This document shows, in pieces, positions 39,016-45,496 of a DNA stretch of 45,496 nucleotides. A model generated the notes under the pieces. It saw only the letters and a list, made by a program, of their open reading frames with translations. It had not been told where the DNA came from and did not search any database. A program made the translations under genes and the position numbers. Position 1 is the first letter of the stretch; each line of letters opens with the position of its first letter. The DNA lies in NCBI RefSeq assembly GCF_004010195.1, contig NW_025215248.1:31804-77299 (forward strand), read 5' to 3'. Origin of the DNA: Chiloscyllium plagiosum (lineage: Eukaryota).

Positions 39016-40163
39016 TTGGGAGCCTCCTGTGAAGCGCTTCTGTGATGTTTCCTCCAGCATTTATAGTGGTTTGTCTCTGCCGCTTCCGGTTGTCAGTTCC
39101 AGCTGTCCATTGCAGTGGTCGGTATATTGGGTCCAGGTCGATGTGCTTATTGATTGAATCTGTGGATGAGTGCCATGCCTCTAGGAATTCCCTGGCTGTT
39201 CTCTGTTTGGCTTGTCCTATAATAGTAATGTTGTCCCAGTCGAATTCATGTTGATGGCATCTGCGTGTGTGGCTACTAAGGATAGCATGTCGTGTTTGTC
39301 CTATGTAGTGTTTTGTGCAGTCCTTGCATGGGAATTTGTACACTACATTGGTTTTGCTCATGCTGGGTATCGGGTCCTTCGTCCTGGTGAGTTGTTGTCT
39401 GAGAGTGGCTGTTGGTTTGTGTGCTGTTATGAGTCCTAGTGGTCGCAGTAGTCTGGCTGTCAGTTCAGAAAAGTTCTTGATGTATGGTAGTGTGGTTAGT
39501 CCTTTGGGTTGTGGCATGTCCTCGCTCCACTGCCTTTCCCTTTGGCATCTGTTGATGAAATTTGGCGGGTATCTGTTTTTCGCGAATACATTGTATAGGT
39601 GTTGTTGTTCCTCTTTTTGCAGTTCTGGTGTACTGCAGTATGTTGTGGCCCTTTTGAACAGTGTCTTGATGCAACTTCTTTTGTGCGTGTTGGGGTCGTT
39701 GCTTTCGTAATTCAGGACTTGGTCTGTGTGTGTGGCTTTCCTGTATACCTTTGTGGTGAATTCTATGTTCGGTGTTCTCTGTACCATCACGTCTAGGAAT
39801 GAGAGTTGGTTGTCCTTTTCTTCCTCTCTAGTGAATCGGACTACTGTGAGTGTGGCGTTGATGATCCGGTGTGTGTTCTCTATTTCTGTGTTTTTAATTA
39901 TTACAAAGGTGTCTTCCACATATCTGACCCAGAGTTTGGGTTGAATTTGCGGTAAGGCTGTTTGTTCTAATCTTTGCATTACTATGAGTCCAGTGATGGG
40001 TGAGCCCATGGGTGCGGTGATTTGTTCATATATTTGGTTGTTGAATGTGAAGTGTGTTGTGAGGCACAGGTCCAGTCGTTTGAGTATGCCGTCTTTGTTG
40101 ATAGGTTCCCTGTCCTATTGTCTGTTCTGTATGTCCAGCAGGTTGGCTATTGTTTCTCTGGCT

Positions 40164-40295
40164 GATTTCTGAAGAAGGGCTTTTGCCCGAAACGTCGATT
40201 TCGAAGCTCCTTGGATGCTGCCTGAACTGCTGTGCTCTTCCAGCACCACTGACCCAGAATCTGTTTTCCAGCACCTGCAGTCATTGTTTTTACCT
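40164..40295 (+). mobile_element. Short HHR-bearing PLE-derived element nested in the Penelope RT
   Basis: Interrupts the RT between TSID and ARETIA. Related to the right arm at 20420-20510. Confidence 0.85.
40165..40200 (+). ncRNA. Minimal type I hammerhead ribozyme motif, intact core
   Basis: CTGAAGA A GGGC tttt GCCC GAAAC GTC with palindromic ACGT stem III. Stem I is weak. Confidence 0.75.
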
Positions 40296-41419
40296 TTTGT
40301 CAATAGAGGTGTCTTTGCCGTTACCTCGATTGAGACCATAGCTTCTTCCACGTCTATGTGTATATTTCTGATGGTGTCCAAGAATTCCTGTATTGATTGT
40401 GTAGATTGCCTGGATCCGCTGATCAAGTGTTTCAGTTTCTGTTGTAGTTCTTTACCCAGTTTGTGTGATGGTGTCCCTGGTAGTGATACTATGGGTCTGA
40501 GTGGGATGTCTGGTTTGCGCACTTTAGGTAGTCCATAGAATCTGGGGCTGTTGTTGCTTTCAGGTTTCATTCTTTGTTGGTCAAACCTGGTTATCTGTCC
40601 GTTTTGTTGTAGGTTCCTCAGTGTGTTGTTTATCGTATTGGTGAGCTGTGGGGTGGGGTCAAACTCCCTCTTTTGATAGGGGTTGGTCTCTGCAAGTAGT
40701 TGTTGCACTTTTTGGATGTAGTCTGCTTTGTGTAGGATGACCGTCAATCTGCCTTTGTCTGCTGGTAGTATGATTATGTTCTCTTCTGTCAGTCCATTGT
40801 TCCTGAGTGTGCATTCCAGTGCTGCCAGGAAGTCTGCTGTCTTGGAGTCCCTGTGGTTGTAGTTGAGTCCCTTGGCCACTATTGTTCTTTACGTGCCTGT
40901 GAGCTGTCTGTGGGAGAGGTTTCTAACCCAGGTGTGTGTTGTGGTGTCCTCTCTGTTGTGTGTTAGTTTGGCCATTTTTTTCTTTTAGTTCCGTTTTTTG
41001 CGGTGTGTGGTCCTCTTCTGTCCTATGGTGACGGAGTGTTCTATATTCCGGGCCCATTCCTGATTGGTGGTTTTTGAAATTAACGATTTTTGTCGCGCAA
41101 TTTCTTGTCTGTGTTTGTGAAGTCTGTTGTGTGCGTCTGTAAGCATTACTTGGATAATCCTGTCTGGCTGTGTCCCTGGCTTGTGGGTTGTTGACTGGTG
41201 GTCTGTATCTGAGACATGGTGGAAGGATTCGATTCTTTCGGCATTCGTGCAGGAACCGGAGTTGTTCGTATGTGGCGCTCAGGCGGTTGGCACAGAATTC
41301 CCATTTCCTGGCTTGTCTTAGCGTCTCTCGCCAGTAGGTGTTCAAAGTTTCTGAGAAGAATTGTTGCTCGGGTGCTTGTTGTTGCAGTTCTGTTCGCCGA
41401 GCTGGGAATTTGTGTTGCA

Positions 41420-42562
41420 TAGCCAGAGAAACAATAGCCAACCTGCTGGACATACAGAACAGACAACAGGACGGTGAACATATCAACAAAGACGGCACAG
41501 ATAAACTACTGGACCTGTGCCTCACAACACACTTCACATTCAACAACCAAATATATGAACAAATCAACGGTATACCCATGGGCTCACCCATCTCTGTACT
41601 CATAGCAGAAGCGGTAATGCAAAGATTAGAACACACAGTCTTACCACAAATTCAATCCAAACTCTGGGTCAGACATGTAATTATTAAAATCACAGAAATA
41701 GAGAACACACACCAGATCATCAACGCTACACTCACAGGAATCCGATTCACTAGAGAGGAAGAAAAGGACAACGAACTCCCATTCCTAAACGCGATGGTAC
41801 AGAGAAAACCGAACGGAGAATTCACCACAAAGGTATACAGGAAAGCTGCACACACAGACCAAGTCCTGAACTACGAAAGCAACCACCCCGACACACACAA
41901 AAGAAGTTGCATCAAGACACTGNNNNNNNNNNNNNNNNNNNNNNNNNNNNNNNNNNNNNNNNNNNNNNNNNNNNNNNNNNNNNNNNNNNNNNNNNNNNNN
42001 NNNNNNNNNNNNNNNNAGCCAGACTACTGCGACCACTAGGACTCATAACAGCACACAAACCAACAGCCACTCTCAGACAACAACTCACCAGAACGAAGGA
42101 CCAAATAGCCAGCATGAGCAAAATCAATGTAGTGTTCAAAATCGCGAGCAAGGACTGCACAAAACACTACCTAGGACAAACAGGAAGACAACTAACGATC
42201 CACATCCATGAACACCCAACGAGCCACGAAACGACACGACCAGCTATCCTTCGTAGCCATACACGCAGATGACAAGCAACATGAGTTCGACTGGGACAAC
42301 ACGACTATTATAGGACAAGCCAGAGAACAGCCAGGGAATTCCTAGAGGCATGGTACTCATCCACAGATTTAATCAATAAGCACATAGACCTGAACCCTAT
42401 ATACCGACCACTGCAACGGACAGCTGGAACTGACAACCGGAAGCGGCAGAGACAAACCACTATAAATGCCAGAGGAAACATCACAGAAGCGATTCACAGG
42501 AGGCACCCAAGCACTGAAGCTGTGACCTAGGCAGGGGACAAAACGTCTGCAACACAAATTCC
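41420..42562 (+). mobile_element. Inverted, 5'-truncated second arm of the same Penelope family
   Basis: ARETIANLLD..YEQINGIPMGSPIS..CTKHYLGQTGRQL. Ends in the pLTR with a degenerate HHR at 42511-42550. Confidence 0.95.
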
Positions 42563-42839
42563 TATATAAATCTCTGACAGGGCGACACAGATTGGACGCA
42601 GGGATGGTAATTCCCTGGCTTGGACGTCTAAAACAAGGGGCCACAGTATTAGGTACAGTCAGGCCACTTTGCTTTGAGATGAGAATAAATGTCTGCACTC
42701 AGAGACTGGCGAACCAGGAGTACTCTTTCCCAGATCAGGCTGTGGAAACCAAGGCGCTGAATATAAATAAGGATTACTGGAAATTATAGGGATAGAGAGA
42801 GAGCAGGAGTATCGTGTGAAGATAGATCAGATATCAGTC

Positions 42840-43620
42840 CAGATTGTTCTCCAATAACGCAGTAGCTGTGTCCCTCTGCAACACTGTGTTGTAGACAAAC
42901 GTGAAATATTAATAATGGGGTGTAGGTGGGAAGAGGGTAAGGGACGAACACCCCAAAATATCAGTAAAACCAAAAATTGAATTTCGTCTAACACACACAC
43001 TAGCACAGTCTAAAATATATCATTAAATCACATATTGTAATGGAACTGTCCTCTAAATGTAACACTTTAAAACTACTGTCACTGACTACAGCAGTGCATC
43101 TTTCACCACACTCTACAACAGAAAGCGCGTGGGGCTGACTGAACACGTGATGCTGATGGGGAAATTCCAGTTCTCCTCAAGATTCTCCCGCAGTTTGAAA
43201 TAAAGTTCTTTCTAAATGTAGACTACAATTCCCCGTTTCAGGCTCAGTTTCAGGATTGCATTCCTGTTTTAGCTGAACACGTTGATTGTACATTTTGCAG
43301 ACAGAGGATCCTGAGGCTGGGTTTTGCTGTTCAGCTGGTTCCCGGCAAGGAATTGTGTCATAGTGAACGGGAGTTNNNNNNNNNNNNNNNNNNNNNNNNN
43401 NNNNNNNNNNNNNNNNNNNNNNNNNNNNNNNNNNNNNNNNNNNNNNNNNGATTGTACATTTTGCAGACAGAGGATCCTGAGGCTGGGTTTTGCTGTTCAG
43501 CTGGTTCCCGGCAAGGAATTGCGTCATAGTGAACGGGAGTTCACTTTATGGAAAAAAGTTCACGAATCACATTGCAGCCAAATTGTATTTAATCAACACG
43601 CGTTATCTGAGAACTGCCTG
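42840..43620. mobile_element. Non-autonomous TIR DNA transposon, probably Tc1/mariner-pogo(Tigger)-like
   Basis: Left cagattgttctccaataacgc versus reverse complement of right end caggcagttctcagataacgc. TA at the right flank. Absent from the paralogous CR1 3' end near 16080. Confidence 0.7.
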
Positions 43621-45496
43621 TATATTGAATGGAGAGGCAAAATTGATTGGCTGAAGGGACTACCGCAGTTCTCATTTTATATTTCACAATGTTTAAACAT
43701 GTTGAGGGATATGAATATTGTATGGATAAAACTGCATTAAGGAGATGTTCGGCCATTAGCTAGCACAGGGAAAGCTCAATGTGTTGTGTGACGTACTCCT
43801 TCCCCGATGTTTTTCTGCAGTCTGTGGGAAAGTTCTGTAAATGTTGTCACAAGCCCTCAGATGTTAGGGAGGAGGTCTCTGCAGGGTCAACAGGATTGTG
43901 TTTCCCAATTCCTTTGCCGATACTGGGGCTGGGGCCTGGTGTTCTCTCTGGGTACTTCCTTAAATAACTCCGAGCAGTTTGATAGAAATGAGTGCGTTGC
44001 TTGGCCGTTTCAGAGAGCATTGGTTATCACATGTCTGTGTGTCTGGAGTCACTTGTAGGGAGAACCAGGAAAGCACGGGAGATTCACTTCCTGAACGTAT
44101 ATTGGGGGACGAGATCGATGTTTACAATCAATATTGGACACAAGATCACTATTACTCACACTAGATTTTAGATCTCGATATGCTAATAATTGTTTTTAAC
44201 TTGCATCCGCTGCCCAGGCATTAGCCTGGTCTGTATTAGTAATCCAATTACAATTCCACAACAGCACCATTTGACATGGGGACCTATCTGAAACCACACT
44301 GAGCTGGTTACCTCTGTGCTGCTTGACTGTTCTGTTAATAATAAATCCCACCAATTTGACTGTTGTGATGGGACTGAAGGGGTGGTAATTGATCAGATTA
44401 TAGTTATTCTCCTCTTAGGGAACAGGACATAGCTGAACAATTTTTCACATTGCCAGGGAGATGTCGGAGTTGGAGCTGGAATGAAACAGCTTCCCCCGGG
44501 ACACGGCTTGTTGTGCAGCACAAGTCTTCAGTCCCATTTCAGGAATGGTGTCAGAGCCCATTGCCTTTGTCGTATTTACTGTGTTCAGCTGTTTCTTCAT
44601 GTCACGTGCAGCGAATCGAATTGGTTGAAGACTGCCATCTGTGAATCTGTGGGCATCATGATAGGGTGATGTGGATTATCCACTCAACACGTCTGGCTGA
44701 GGATAGTGCAAACACCATATACTTGACGTTTACACTGATGTGCAAGAGTGTTACATTATTAAGGATGGGGATATTTGTGGAGTCCTCTCCTGCAGTAAGT
44801 TGTTTAATGGTCCATCGACATTTCTGCTTGGATTTGGCAGGATGTCAGAGCTTAGATCTGATTTGTTAGCCGTGGGATCATTTCTGCCTCTGTACCAGAT
44901 GTTAGTTCTGCTGTTTCGAATATAACCAGTCAAGTGCGGTAGCTTTAATGGGTTGTCGTCAGGTAAAGGTACACATGGTACTGACCCTGGCATGTTCACC
45001 CACACTCGTTACTGAGCCATAGATCGGTTTGATGGTAATGGTGGCCTGAGGGATTATCTTGAGGGAAGGTTACAGATTGTCATTGAATACAATTCTGTTC
45101 TGCTGCTGCTGTGTTTTACGGCATCAGATGATAACCCAGTTTAAGCTGCAGTATCTACAATTCAATTCTACTGACTATCCCCCAGTTCACACCGAGACTC
45201 ATTCACCCAACAGCCCTGTACTTAGTGACCTAACCTGGTTTCTGATGCGGCAGCCCTTCCATTTTCATATTCTCATTCTGCTGAAATTCTTTCCTTGGTG
45301 TCACGCCGCCAACTTGTTACTTTGACTCAATCAATTTAACGTACTAACCTAAATATTTTTCTTTTCAAAATGCCATCTTCTGTGTTTGAAGTGAATGTGT
45401 TTCCCTCTGTTTTTCTCCCTGACCATAATTCAGAGCTCTGCAGTGTCAGTGATGCCAGCTTTTTGCAGTATCAGAGTCATGGAACTTGTCACCATG

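Larger units (their letters stand above)
38900..41419 (-). mobile_element. Near full-length Penelope-like retroelement (RT plus GIY-YIG), decayed, with direct pLTR overlap
   Basis: LPADKGRLTVIL, PRFYGLPKV.KPDIPLRPIVS, PMGSP, WVRYVEDTF, VYRKATHTDQVLNYES, VVYKFPCKDCTKHYIGQT. Terminal sequence 38901-38978 is repeated at 41342-41419. Confidence 0.95.

Noticed and set aside
41338..42039. 233-aa Cys-rich/RT fusion ORF as a novel gene
   Set aside because: Chimeric reading across the inversion junction (antisense pLTR plus truncated RT). The catalytic YVDD region is deleted (WVRHVII).

Overview
Eukaryotic genomic scaffold with many N gaps, almost certainly from a cartilaginous fish (shark-type HE1-like V-SINEs and CR1 LINEs). 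No intact multi-exon gene or prokaryotic system is visible. The backbone is an old tandem segmental duplication (about 6.3-17.4 kb versus 22.7-44.9 kb). Each copy carries the first coding exon of a probable class A GPCR resembling the shark 'GPR139-like' family. That exon has a 42-bp in-frame N-terminal repeat, and no matching second exon is seen. Each copy independently gained CR1, Rex1/Babar-like and other LINEs, tRNA-derived SINEs, a TIR element and Penelope-like elements (PLEs). The strongest signal is a set of minimal type I hammerhead ribozyme (HHR) motifs in PLEs and PLE-derived short elements. A 3.7-kb Penelope composite insertion has its 5' end exactly at the predicted hammerhead cleavage site. 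Three near-identical duplications flanking gaps are probably assembly artefacts. Family names are from motif recognition, not database searches.
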